NCBI GenBank assembly: GCA_002269645.1
Contig: NIVC01001884.1
Span: forward strand, 124,001-188,000
Length of the DNA stretch: 64,000 bases
Source: Macrostomum lignano
Lineage: Eukaryota
Direction of reading: 5' to 3'
Within the stretch, counting starts at the first letter, position 1, and every line of letters starts with the position of its first letter. A program made the translations under genes and the position numbers. Shown one piece after another: positions 1 through 11,928 of the stretch. The notes beneath the pieces were generated by a model. The model worked only from the letters and a program-made list of their open reading frames with translations, made no database searches and was not told the origin of the DNA.

Positions 1-1237
1 CCGCTCGATTGGTTTGTGTCTCTAACCCGTATTTTCCAGTTGCATCGGTGTTAGTGTTCCTGCCTACTTAGACGTTGTGGTCGCCTATGGTCTTTTGGGC
101 AGCGTGGTTTGGCTGTTGCATGAGAATTTGGCAAATCGGGTACGATTGATACTGAAGCACCGGAGGAAGGAACAGGAGACTCATCAGACTCCGGGGTAGT
201 TTGACGCCGTGGCCGTCCTCGCATTGATGTCAGATTGATGCACCATTCTGTTTCGGCTATCAGTAGATGTATTTGAACCGAACTTGGAAGTGATCTTCTC
301 CTCGGCCTTGCTAGACTTAGTCTCGATGCGGATGTAGACCGGTTTGGAAGAGTCTTCCGCTGGCTGATGCAGTTCTGTGCACGTAGCTGATAGACGGGTA
401 CGTGGAATTTTTATAAAAACTTGACTGGCAGGAATCGCACCGATTGAAGAAGGTGTGGTGTTTTGCCTTAAACAGAAAGAAGCAACTGAGTGTTTCACAC
501 CGACTTCAGCAGATGAACACTTGAGAGCCATCTTAAAAACTTGAATAATGCGCTCAACGAGACCGTTGGACTGCTGCTGCCCAGGTGGCGTGAGGATTTG
601 TTGAATTTTGTTTGATTTCAGAAATGATTGAAACTCCTCAGATCGAAAGTTTGTCCCGTTGTCGGTCACCAGAAACTTGGGCAACCCAACGTATTTGAAA
701 GTCTTTCGACACGCACTGATAACCGAAGAAGACGTGATGGATCTGAGTGTCTGAACGTCGATCCAGCGCGAAAAAGCGTCAACCAGCACTAGGAACTTGT
801 AGTCCGATGTCCAGGTGAACGCGCTTGAAAAACTCTTTAGCATCATTGAATTGAAGGCCACCAGAAATATTGGCGCGCAACTCGGATCATCCTGACAATT
901 CCTGGATGTCCTTCATGAAGCAGGTGCAGGATTTCGTCAGTTGAGATGGTGGTACAAAATCCGAATGCTTCTGAATACAATTACGTTCTGTATTGTGTAC
1001 TGGGATCGATCCTTGCTGTATGGAAGCATGTGTTTGGGAGGATATTCTGGCTAGCCTTGTGTTATGAACTTCTTCAGCAGAACTATTTCAGAATCTTTTG
1101 AATGGGAAATACGTTTGAGAAGTCCTTTGGAATTTCTGAATTCTTCGAGGTTGTTTATCTCCAGTAGATTCACTGAATTTACGATAGGAGATTTTCCAGT
1201 ACTTGGGATTCTCGACAAGGTATCAGCTGCAAACATT

Positions 1238-2604
1238 GGGCCGTATGAATAAAAAAAGAAATTTTTTTCTTGCAAGAAATCCAAGAATTTCTTGCGTTTA
1301 TAAGAATAAAAAACTGCGAGTTTCTTGCAAGATTTTCTCGCCAAGAAAATCTCGAGCTTTCACAAGAAAAGATTTGCTCGGCAAGAAAATCTCACGAGGA
1401 AAAGATTTTCTTGCTTTCTGATGAATAAAAGACGTGATTTTCTCGCCGAGAGAGCCGACACTTGAGTTTTATGCGAGCAACTCTTTCTCTGGCTCAAGCG
1501 AATCTTCAGCGCCCATAACACGAGACACGAGATGTTCCTTCAGATCAGAAAGACCAAGGAGTACCTGCCCCGACAGGCCACTCCAGTGGAGACATATCCA
1601 TCATATGTTGGATTCGAATCCGCGTCCATTATGCGGGCCAACCTGGATTCCCATGGAAGAAGTTTTATGGGACGATTCCCTGTCCTATTTCGATCCACCT
1701 TGCCCTTCATACGCGTCTTCATGTTGGCGATCTTCTTCGATGTTTTGCCGGTCTCGAACAGCTTTCCTGTCAGCATTTCTAACTCAGCGCACAATGCTGC
1801 AATGGCCGCCTCCTTCTTCTTCTTCACGACGGGCGTGCTACTCTTTGATAAGAGAACCGGGTGCTTAGAGAGTACGTTGACAATGTAGTCGGCTTCCTCC
1901 TCGGCTTCCTGTTGACTTTCAGACTCGGCATCCGATGCGGCAGACATGTTTCTCGAGAGAAGATTGCGCGGTTTCAATGAAATCTGGTAGCATACTTCAC
2001 TGGTAGGCTATTTACGTCGCTCAGCTTGCGAACGGTCCAAGGACACAGTTTTGTACACACGGCAGCTCCCATTTCTACCCCCCACGCAGCGTCTTATAAC
2101 ATGCTCGCAGTTTTTTTTGCATTGTTTCTGGGTCCCTGCAAAGAGTAATCACGATATACATGTAAAAAATTGGCAACCATTCGATGCCAGGACGCTCAAT
2201 CTCAGGGTAAAATTTCAAAGCAAAGTGACTTTCCTGTCACCTGATGTTCAGGTAAACTCCACATGGATTTTGCCACTTTCTAGTAGGATTTTTCTGGACG
2301 GATTTTCGGTGTTCACGTGGTTTTAGCCATAGACACAGCATGGGCTGCGCCCAAGCCTGAGGAGACGGCCGTCGATTCCACGTCACCGACATCTTGGTTT
2401 GGGCCCTAGACAACTTTCAGCCAAGTGGCAGTCGCCGAGAAAATCTCACGAGCCGAGAAACTTTTATTCATGTCTTTTCTAGAATATCTTGACTCGTAAG
2501 ATTTTCTCCAACAGATTTTCTTGCCGTAAAAGAATTTCTTTAAAGAAATTCTTGGCTCGAAAGATAATCTTTAAAGATTTTCTCACGTTTTATTCATACG
2601 GCCC
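1238..2604 (-). mobile_element. Non-autonomous PIF/Harbinger-type DNA transposon (1367 bp) carrying a Myb/SANT-like gene
   Basis: Terminal inverted repeats GGGCCGTATGAATAAAA (from 1238) and TTTTATTCATACGGCCC (ending 2604); 3-bp target duplication ATT at 1235-1237 and 2605-2607; AT-rich AAGA(A)ATTT(T)CT-type subterminal repeats at both ends; internal Myb/SANT-like ORF. Confidence 0.85.
1540..1977 (-). CDS. Myb/SANT-like DNA-binding protein of the Harbinger element (probably partial)
   Basis: ..YIVNVLSKHPVLLSK..KKKKEAAI..KKIANMKTRMKGK..RTGNRPIKLLPWE follows the pattern of Harbinger-associated Myb/SANT-like domains and lies inside the TIRs. Confidence 0.7.
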   Translation of the reverse strand: MKPRNLLSRNMSAASDAESESQQEAEEEADYIVNVLSKHPVLLSKSSTPVVKKKKEAAIAALCAELEMLTGKLFETGKTSKKIANMKTRMKGKVDRNRTGNRPIKLLPWESRLARIMDADSNPTYDGYVSTGVACRGRYSLVFLI

Positions 2605-3869
2605 ATTGTCTCCCCCTTTGAATAGATGACTTGGTAGTTGTAGGCACTCGAAGTCAATGCCCAGCGCTGCAATCTGGCTGATAAGCGCTCTGAGATCTTG
2701 CCAGGATTGAAAATAAACATTAGTGGGCGATGATCGGAAATAATCTTGAAGTGTCGACCTGCTAGGAACTGTTGATACTATTTAACACCTTCGACTATGG
2801 CAAGTGCTTCGCGTTCGATATTCGAGTAATTCGACTCAGCGGATTTTAGTATTCGGCTTGCGAGCCAGACGACTTGCTTCTGATTATCATCGTGGGAAAG
2901 CACATAACCAATTCCGTCTTTAGAAGCATCGCACGTCAAAAACAGAGGTTGGGTGATGTCATAAGATACGATTTGATGGAACGTGTATACTGGGTATACT
3001 GGGTATACTGGGTATATGAGGTATACTGGATTTTATCTTCCGATAAGCATCTGTGTGAAGGTCGGTCCAATTCCATGTTACATGCTTTTTTAGAAGATGG
3101 TAAAGTGGTTTTGCGATGAGTAAGAAATTCGGGCAGAACAATCCGTAGTGACCCAAGGTAGACACCGCACTCCTTAGTTGATCTTTGTCTCTTGGTTCTG
3201 CCAACTCATTTAGTGCCTTGACCCTTGCAGGATCTGGTTGCAGTTGACCATTACTGAGTACGAAGCCCAAGAACTTGACGCGATCCTTGAACTCCTGAGA
3301 CTTGCGGACATTAATTTTAAACATATGTTGAGCAAGTCTGCCCTTTACCAGTGAAAGAACTCTGTGATGCTCACTAGCGCTTGGAGTCCGATTACGATGT
3401 CATCTTGGTAAGAAGCTACGTATGGTATACCTCTCAGCAGTTTATCCATCACCTCTTGAAGTATTAACGGAGCGACGAATATTCCGAACTGCATCTTTCG
3501 GAATGCAAAATGGCATACGAGTGGAAATACAGGTCAATCGTTGGCTTCCTCCGATAATCCAATCTGCAAGTACGCGTCTTCTAAATCGATCACGGAATAG
3601 TGCTTTGCATTTGGAATAGCTGCTAGAATCTCCTCAAGCATAGGAAGTTTGTACTGATCAGAATCGATGAGCCTGTTCAGCGTCACCGAGTAATCTCCAC
3701 AGATTCGGATGGGTCTGACCGACCCTTCGGGCTTGAGAACGGGTACTATTGGACACGAAACGGTAGGGTTTTCCACAGGGTAGATTATACCAGCAGAAAG
3801 CAATCTGCTCAATTCGGATGCTGGGTGCCCCACCAGCTGACCGCCGTTAACAGGTTGATTCCGATGCAA

Positions 3870-4312
3870 AGCCAGAGTGAGAGACCAAGGCTGAGCTGCA
3901 CCCCAAGAAGGTCATGCTTTCAGTATTCTGGGACACGAAAGGAATCATAACGTGGGAGCTGCTGTCGAAGAACATTAGCATCAATGCCACTTTCCACCAG
4001 GAGCAGCTTGAGCGCCTGCATCAGAAGCTGGCTGAGGTGCGCCCTGAACGTCGCCGGGTCATATTGCTGCACGACAACGCACCTGCGCACAAGGCACAGT
4101 CGACCCGTCAGAAGCTGCTCGAGTTGGGCTGGGAGATTCTTCCCCACCGTACAGCCCAGATCTTGCACCCACCGATTATCACCTTTTGCCTCCCTCGACC
4201 GTTCTATGGCCGGCAAAAAGTTTAATAATGAGGACGACCTGAAGACCCACCTGACAAACTTCTTCGAGGGCCAGTGCCCGGAGTTCTATAACCATGTCAA
4301 TGTAAATTGATA
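3870..4312 (+). mobile_element. Mariner transposase fragment (catalytic C-terminal half), truncated and frameshifted
   Basis: LHPKKVMLSVFWD, LLHDNAPAH, then after a frameshift PYSPDLAPTDYHLF and KKFNNEDDL..FFEG..EFY: mariner D,D34D-type motifs. Confidence 0.9.
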
Positions 4313-4319
4313 ACCCCGT

Positions 4320-4686
4320 CGAGGGCTGAGCAATAAGTTTCCGGATGTGCATAGTTGAGAGCCGGCTGACAAAATCTAACACCATAGGAGTCAAGTACAT
4401 TATATAAGTACAATTTTTGTTAAGTTTCAGACACACTGGTCATGTATAGGCAGTGCAGCACCCAAACCAAGCTAGCATACCCACCCCTATCTATCAAATT
4501 CGCAATGGAGCTCAATAGGAGTCATTGTAAAGCAATGATTTATTACGATTTTAAAAGTGATTTGCGGCAGCAAGAAAGTCTTGAGCGATTGCGAGGAGCT
4601 TTTGGGGATGAAGCACCTTCTAGATGTAACTTTTTTTCTAACTCTTTCTGTCTGGGCACATCCGGAAACTTATTGCTCAGCCCTCG
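4320..4686 (+). mobile_element. Internally deleted mariner element (about 367 bp, MITE-like) retaining the transposase N-terminal HTH start
   Basis: TIR CGAGGGCTGAGCAATAAGTTTCCGGATGTGC at 4320-4350 with its reverse complement ending at 4686, followed by TA (the left flank reads GT rather than TA); internal MELNRSHCKAMIYYDFKS..ESLERLRGAFGDEAPS resembles a Mos1-type N-terminal HTH. Confidence 0.85.
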
Positions 4687-4807
4687 TACGGATAACTTTT
4701 ACATTGAATGAACTAGTGACAAATGTGAAAAAAATTCCCTACAAGCTGATGTTCCCACAAATTGCAATGCCTGTTTAACTATTGATTAGTTTAATATTTG
4801 TCTTAAT

Positions 4808-6730
4808 TCAGTTCGCCTGATCAGCTTCCGGGTCGTCTGGCTCCTCTTGGGCACGTTGGTCGTTGGATCGCTTGGCTTTCATCAGCTCACTGCGCAACCG
4901 CCGAAACGCCAACTGCAGTCGTGAAGGAGAGACGTGGGCCTTCACAATTCGTACAAGAAATGATTGTACTACGTCCAGGGTCGTCTCCGCTACACAATCC
5001 CTTGACCGGCCTGTCAACGACTTTGTACGCAAGTCCTCCTCGCTGAAAACAGCACGGAGAAGCGCTCTGAGCACGAGCATCTCGGTATGCTCGCTTTTCC
5101 GCTCCCCGTGTGTCTCCACCGCGGACATAAGCGTCGAGTAGCTGCGAGCCTTGACCTGTAGTAGAAGGGGTAGAATTTTGAGCTGCGGAGCGATATTGGA
5201 CTTTGCAATTGCATCCACGAATCCGTTTTTGCTACCTTGAACGGGTGCCCCGGCATGAGCGGAACCATTTCGGCCTCCGGTGCTTCTTCTACATTCTGCT
5301 GCACGCTGCTGAATGCAGCAGCGCCAGCTGCTGCTGAAGATGCAGCGGCAGCGGCAACGGGCATTGCAGTGGCGGGCGGCGGCAACTGGCATTGCAGTGG
5401 CGGCGGCAACGGGAATTAAAGTGGCGGCGGTAACGGCGGTTGCAGCAGCGGATGTGGCAGCGGCAGTGGCAACGGCACCTGACGGCGTTTCCTCGGCCAG
5501 CAGCTCCGCCATCAGATCGCCCTTCTCGCCAGGTCGCGAGAAGCGCCGTCACTGTGCCACTGTCAGCGTTCCGACTGCGGCAGATGCTACTGAATGCTAG
5601 CGATGGGCAGATGCTACTGAACTGCCGCATCACTCCGTCATTCGTACGGGCACGGTCCTGCTGGGCCTGTGCAAGCGGTGGTATTTGATGATGAAGTGTG
5701 GTTCTAAGAATTGGAACGAGTATGTAGTTTCACTTCTAGTGCATCAGAAGGGCCGTGCCGCACCTCAATTAGTGCCGCCTGCATTTTGTCCAGCTCGCGC
5801 TCCATGCTCCCAACCTTGAGGAGCAGCTCTGCATTTTCTCTGGCCAACTGGTCAACCGTCAGATCTCGGGCTGCCAGATCTGTCTGCAGCTGACCCACAT
5901 TCAGCTGGAGAGCCTGCAGCGAGGCCGCAGTTTCATGCAACTTTACGTCCCGCGTGGCACTACAGGAGAATGTAAGGGTGGGAGTTTTTTAAGCATTCTC
6001 TCTCTGGCTTTGGCTTCCCGTTTGTCAGCTGGACCCCAGAATAAAATTGCAGGATACCGACAGCTGTTAGCGGACGGCTTCCTTGCCCAGAAGACGGAGA
6101 CTTCATCCCATCTGTGATGCCCGTTAGTTGGTGGTAGGTCACAGAAACAAACAGCTGTTTCGTGCAATGGATGGTGGGTGGTGGGTGGTGGGTGGTACAG
6201 TTTTTTTAAACTGTACCACCCACCAGGACGACCCACCTAATGCGACGGCAGACGCAGCGGATGGGGTGGCAGCGGAGCCGGGGGCAGCGGAGGTCGCGCC
6301 GATGGCAGCGGAGCCTGTGGCAGCGGAGCCGGTGGCAGCGGAGGTCGCGCCGGTGGCAGCGGAGCCTGTGGCAGCGGAGCCGGTGGCAGCGGAGCCGGTG
6401 GCAGCAGAGGTCGCGCCGGTGGCAGCGGAGCCGGAGGCAGCAGAGGTCGCGCCGGTGGCAGCGGAGCCGGTGGCAGCAGATGTCGCGCCAGTGGCAGCGG
6501 AGGCAGTTGGCAGTCGCTTCAGCCGATGCGACCGGGCATCGGTTCGGTTGTGCACCGTGGCTGAGCAGCGGCCGCACAAAAACATCGAAGTCAGTAGTCA
6601 TTTGGAGCACCGCACCTCCGCCAGGCTGGTACATGAAGCACAGCTCCTAGCGTCTTGAGCAGCTCGCGTCGGGAGGCTGCCCGACTTATCGGCTGTGCGG
6701 CGGCAAGTCTGGCGACCGGATGACATTTCG
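4808..6730 (-). pseudogene. Spliced gene for an Ala/Thr-rich, coiled-coil protein with a C-terminal BEN-like (BEN/DUF4806-type) domain; frameshifted
   Basis: Removing an 80-nt GT-AG intron (5235 to 5156) joins EMVPLMPGHPFK to VKARSYSTLMS..LRALLRAVFSEEDLRTKSLTGR, a BEN-like pattern; heptad segment in ORF 5704-5940; 15-bp coding repeat at 6250-6505. The 5' end is uncertain. Confidence 0.6.
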
Positions 6731-9606
6731 CTGAAAAAATTGTAGTGGGGTCCGTTCCGTTGCAAATTCCATATGGGTTCTCATACATTTAAAGGAGTAA
6801 CGCAGTTTGCTGAATTCACTTATAAAAGTGTATGTACGCTCGTATATATTTTCGGGAAGTGAAGAAGCATGCGGATAAGCAACTGATAATCTTGCCCAGC
6901 AGATAGCTAACAGTTGACGTGGGCAACTTGAACATATAAAGTAAATTTTACATAATACCTGGCCATCCCTAACGGCATAACATTGTAAACTCATAAGTTC
7001 GAAGCTTCGCATGCTCAAAATTTACGAGCAGAGTTGACGTTCAATTTCGAAGCTTTTGTCATGTCCCCTCTTAAGCCCCTCTTTCCAGGCCTGGCCCTGG
7101 CGCCGTGTGCAACGGCGGACATTTTTGTTTCGTCTGCTTGTATTGTCTACTGCTTTAAATATATAATTAAATCAATAGTTCGTTCACGAGTGTGAAACTT
7201 GGGTATGCGGCATGACAGCGATATGGGTATCGTTGAAGGCACACGTGCCGATGATTTCGGCCGCATGGAGGACGACATCTGCATCGTCAGGAAAGACGTC
7301 AAACGGATGACAGGCGAGCCTCCGAACGTGGCACTAAGTGCATCCGGCTTCTTCAGGATCTGCTATGCCTGCCAAAAGAAAAAGCGGCTGCAGCGGTGCA
7401 TCGGCTGCAATCGGACGGGACAATTGCAAACCACCTGCGTAACGCGTGCCGCCCCCTTGATGACCGGGATGGCCGGCCAAGATGAGCTGCAAACGCGTCT
7501 CACTGCAGGCCGTCTTGACAGCGATGGCGTTGCTCAATTCAGCGGCCAGGTTGCGTCGGCAATGCAGTCTAGCCAGCAGCCGGCCGTGCTGCGACTCAAA
7601 TAATCCAGTCAGAGAGTCTGTGCACTGGGCCAAATTCTGCTGCAAACGATGGCAAATGCTGACAAACCTTGGGATGGAGAAGAAGGGGGTATTCACGCAG
7701 CAGTAATTAAAGTTGTTGTGCTTGCAATGGAGCAGTTTTTTAAGTGAGTTGTTACAAATTTAACTACATGGTGCACGTTATAGGTCAGAGCCCGTCTTAA
7801 GTACAACGGCTCCAGACGGTGCGCGAAATGTCGCAATGAAGTGCGTGCGCGTTCCACTTCGTGCAGTGGCGCGTCGTCCAGCGTAAGCCAGAAGAAAGAC
7901 GACGACAGCAAGTTGAAATGCTGTGCGTACGTCTCCGGCAGAATGCCTGGGAACACAATCGGACCGTACAGCAGCAACCACGCTTCCAGCTAGTGACCCC
8001 TGAGATGGCCAAGGTCTCGCAAGCTCCGTGGTGCTCTCTGTACCGCGCCGTTCGGAATTCGGATCGAGGCAGTCAGAGCGTCAACGAGTTGAACGGATCC
8101 TCGTAGATCCGGGTTGACTGAATTTTGGCAAAAGTGTTTAGTCTGATAGTAAGTAAACAAGTAAACCATTTTTCCGACTAAATGGCAACATTCAGCCACG
8201 AAACTGCACTCGAGTCCGGGTTGGGTGAGCCAAACAGCTGCGTGAGCGTCCACTTGACGGGGCCCTCGCACAACTGATGCAAATAGCACGGTGGGGTTGC
8301 TGTAAAAGTGTGGGGTCTTTTACTGTGAGCTTAGCAGTCCAACTTTAACTTAACAATCTCAGCTGGGAACTTATTCGTTACCCCAAATGTAGTCGAACCC
8401 GGATAATTCACTCAGAGGGGACAGCGCCTTAACACCGAGGTTACCATCTCGCAACTCGACGTCTACGCGCGCAAGGTGTACAGTATCACGCAGACACCGC
8501 ACCTGAGGCTGCTGACAGCCACGCTCTGTAGCTAGGGCGACATCAGCTGCTGCCACGTCCGGTGGGTAGAAGCGCGCCTGTCCTTCACCAACGGGAGCAG
8601 TACGGATGTAACATTTGTCACACCCGTGGACAGCGTTAAAGCGCTTAACGCCGATTGTCTCAGCCCGCTGTGGCGCGTCCATCATAAACAGCAGTGGATG
8701 AAAACGGATGACACCGGCCTGAGTCGCATCAGGGCCGCATCCTCTTCTGCATGCAACTCCATCCAGACTCAGCTCATTAAGCTGCTTTACTACCATTGGG
8801 AGATAAGCTGTAGAATTAAGCTTCTGTCTGCCGCACCAGTAGCGGCAGGTCACCACGCTGTTGGCTTTCAGGCGGTCCGGTAGCTCCACCACGGACAGGT
8901 ACACAGGACAGATTTCCATGACGGAATGGCGGAATGCCTGTTGCAAATAAAATGAAGCTTCGAATTGTCTGACTGTAATTAATTTGTCACCGCGTTTAAC
9001 CATCCAGAACATGGGACAAAACTGCAACAAAGACGGTCCCCTTACTCGTACTTACCGGAAATCCGTCAATGCAAACAACGTAACTCAGGTCCTGTCGGGA
9101 GTCCAGAGAAATTGAACTCTTAAATTTGCAGTACCCTTCAGAAGAGCCAAGTCCAAGAAAACCAGGCTCGCACTTCTGGTCTGCGGGAAATACGACTTTC
9201 TGGAGCAATCCTTCCGCTTCTATCTGCAACTGAAGCTGCTTACGGACGTCCATCTGCCAGTACGTGCAGATTTTGTCCGGCGTCAGTGCAGCTGTGCAGT
9301 TTTCACAGACAGTGTCAGCTGTATCCACTCGAGCGAGGCACTTCAGGCAGAAATTGATACATTTGGGTTTCCGTCGACGCACCCCTAAGGCCTGGCGCAA
9401 AAGATGCTTCGACGTAGGGATGCACCCACCAGCAGGCAGAGTCTCGTCAATCAGAGCCAGGACAGCACGGACGACGCTACCAACCGTACCTGGTCACAAT
9501 TTTCTGCATTGCAGCAGCAAAGCTCCCGTACGTATGTCCACTTCCTGGGCACACGGGATCATGCAGTCTTGGATGAGCTTCGTCATCGGAACTGCTGCTG
9601 CTGCTG

Positions 9607-10001
9607 CTTCTTCTTCTTTTCTTCCACCGCCCCACAACGCTGCCGCTGGCAGCTGGGGGGAGGGCGCTCAGAGGCGCCCCAACCTGCGAAGGAGGGCGAG
9701 AAGGCGCTCCGGGTCGTCGCGGATGTCCCTCTTGTCCTCAGTGCTCGCCCGAAGGGCGTCGCCGCGTGGGCATTCAAGGATGATATGCTCCTCCGTGTCG
9801 GGCGCCCCGCAATCGGGACAGCTGGCGTTCTCAGTCAGGCCGACCCGGTGACGTGTGGCCCCGGCCAGGGTGGAGCACCCGGCTCTGAGTTGGTTAATCG
9901 CCACCGTTTCTTTCCTGGTCAGGTGTCGTGGTGGTCGTTGCCAGGGGCGTCCAAGCAGTTCCTGGTCGCGGGCGGACCAGGGACCACTTTTGCCACCAAA
10001 C
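9607..10001 (-). mobile_element. 5'-truncated non-LTR retrotransposon, copy A (3' end only)
   Basis: C-terminal QLRAGCS..CPDCGAPDTEEHIILECP (CCHC), short 3' UTR and a GAA-rich tail (9607-9624) abutting (CTG)5. Confidence 0.85.
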
Positions 10002-10010
10002 CTGCTGCTG

Positions 10011-11926
10011 CTTCTTCTTCTTCTTCTTCTTCTTCTTCTTCTACGCAGCCCCCGCGTCGCCGCTGTCCGGCGGCTGGGGGGGAGGGCGACCTGCAGGCCG
10101 CCCCATCATCCTCAGATACCGGCAGATTCCGCCCGCGTCGTTGAGGTCGAGAGGGTGAGCAAGGCGGGCGGAGTCTCCGCGTGGACACTGCTGCAGGAGG
10201 TGCTCTTCTGTGTCTTCGTCTCCGCAGTCCGGACAGAGCGGAGTCTCGGTAAGGCCGATACGGTAGCGGGTGGCCGCGCAGGCTGTGCTGCAGCCGGCCC
10301 TCAATTGGCAAACCGCCACCGTCTCGCCACGAGTCAGGCCGCCGTAGCGCTTCCAGGGCGAGCTACGGTTCAAGAGCTTGAGATCGAGGTGTCGCCTGGC
10401 TCGTTTAATGGCAGCCCTGGCGGCTTCGAAGGCGATGGGCTGGTCCTGCGTCAGGTCCGAAGCCCGGTTCGCCGCCTTGTCGGCTCTTTCGTTGCCATCG
10501 ACGCCGACGTGGGCCGGCACCCAGGTAATGCGGACCGGGCGAGCTTCTTGACTGAGCAGGCTCCACACCAGCTGTCCCATGGGCTCGCGTTGGTCAGCTG
10601 GCCCGCGCTGCAGGGTGAGGATGCCCGCCATGCTGTCCGTGAGAATGTCGATGCTGCCCCCGTGTGGTTGCTGGAGCTGTAGGCAGCGGCGGATGCCTAG
10701 AGCTATAGCCGCTAGCTCCGCCGTCGTGCTGCTGCAGACGGAGCCAGCGGCTGTCGTGTGTACTTCGCCCCACAGGAGGGTGTGCAGGACGGCCGCGCCA
10801 CGGCCGTCCCGGCAGCCGTCCGTGGCGCTGCCGTCAGTCCAGATGACGATATCGTGTTGAGGTCTGGATTCCAGGGCGTTGATGGCTCTCTCCCGTCTGA
10901 TGCTGTCCGGCACTTTGCGGCCGCAGGTGACCTGCAGGCTGGTGTCGAAGCTGACTTCGCTGGGTGACTGCCATGGCGGCTCGGGCATCGGGAAGGGGGC
11001 GCGCATCCCCGCTGGCTCGAGGGCGTTGATGCCGAGCTCCAGTGCGGCGCGCCTCCAGCAACCACGGAAAGGCCTGCGGTAGTCGCTCTCCAGCAGGACC
11101 CGGTCATCCACCGGGTGTTGCTCCCGTAGCCACGCCTCGTGAGCACGGGATTTCAGGCGGGGCGGGCAGGGTCTAGCGGCAGTCTGGTGCACCGGGACCT
11201 CCCCGGGCAGCCTCAGAGCCCGTTCCCGCAAGGTCGCCGCTCTCTCCAGGATCAGGTGTCCGATGGGCGGCAGGTCTGCGGCCGCGAGGAGCGCCCTGAC
11301 GTTCGTGGGCTTAATGCACCCCGAGATGATCCTGGCGCAGCAGAACTGTTGCCGTTCGATGAGAAGCCTGCTGCTCGGCGCCGCAAAGGCACCCCAGATT
11401 CCGCACGCGTAGTCGGCAATAGCACGCACGGTGGCGACGTAGGCAGTGCGGAGGACGTGGAAGGAGGCGCCGCCGCTACGAGTCGCCAGGGCGGCGAGGG
11501 GCCGTCGGCGGACTGCCATGCGGCGGCGGATATCCGCCACATGATGTTGGAACGTTAGCTGGCCATCAAGTTTGACGCCGAGGAAAGTCGGGTGGAGCTC
11601 AAACTGCAGAGGCTCGCCGCAGATGCTGAGGTGCGGGCGAACTTTCCCATTGGTCTCGTTGGGTGCCAGCGAAAAGGTCGTGAAACAGCACTTGTTGGGG
11701 CTAAGTTCGACCTTCCACCGGCGGCACCATTCAGCGGCTGCGTCAAGGGCCGGTTGAAGATTGATTGCGCAGCGCTGAAGAGTGGTGGCTGAGCAGAGGG
11801 CCTGTGGACATCCTCCGAGAAGGGGAAACGGCCGACATGAGCAATCGGCCAGGACCCCGGGAGCCCCTGGACCTGAGCGATAGCTCGGGAATGACTAATG
11901 GTCCACACCATCGCAGATCATCCTCA

Positions 11927-11928
<2 letters not shown>
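10011..11928 (-). mobile_element. Non-LTR retrotransposon with RNase H (I/Ingi-like group), copy B, truncated within RT
   Basis: RT end LQPALDAAAEWCRRWKVELSPNKC..PTFLGVKLDGQLTF (11540-11790); RNase H IWTDGS / AELAAI / LTDS / WVPAHVGVDGNERAD; CPDC..H..C zinc knuckle; TAG at 10041-10043 followed directly by an (AAG)10 tail. The segment 11800-11928 has no evident RT similarity. Confidence 0.9.

Larger units (their letters stand above)
1..3869 (-). mobile_element. Decayed Ty3/gypsy LTR retrotransposon pol region (RT, RNase H, integrase), interrupted by a DNA transposon at 1238-2604; gag/protease/LTRs not seen
   Basis: RT motifs PIVPVLKP..IRICGDY, IDLEDAYLQI, a degenerate QFGIFVAP..YQDD (about 3400-3500) and FLGFVLS; RNase H end ..KGETMFAADTLSR; integrase zinc-finger start LHEGHPGIVRMIRVARQYFWWP (about 860-920); core VDAFSRW / VTDNG / SNGLVER in ORF 184-861. 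Several stops and frameshifts. Confidence 0.92.

Noticed and set aside
6139-6585. Apparent C2H2-like start (CGRC..H..H) in a minus-strand ORF
   Set aside because: Spacing is non-canonical and the region shifts frame repeatedly, so the motif may be out of frame.
6128-6658. Plus-strand AEPVAAEV-repeat protein
   Set aside because: It is the antisense reading of a 15-bp repeat; neighbouring coding signals (BEN-like domain, splice sites) are all on the minus strand.
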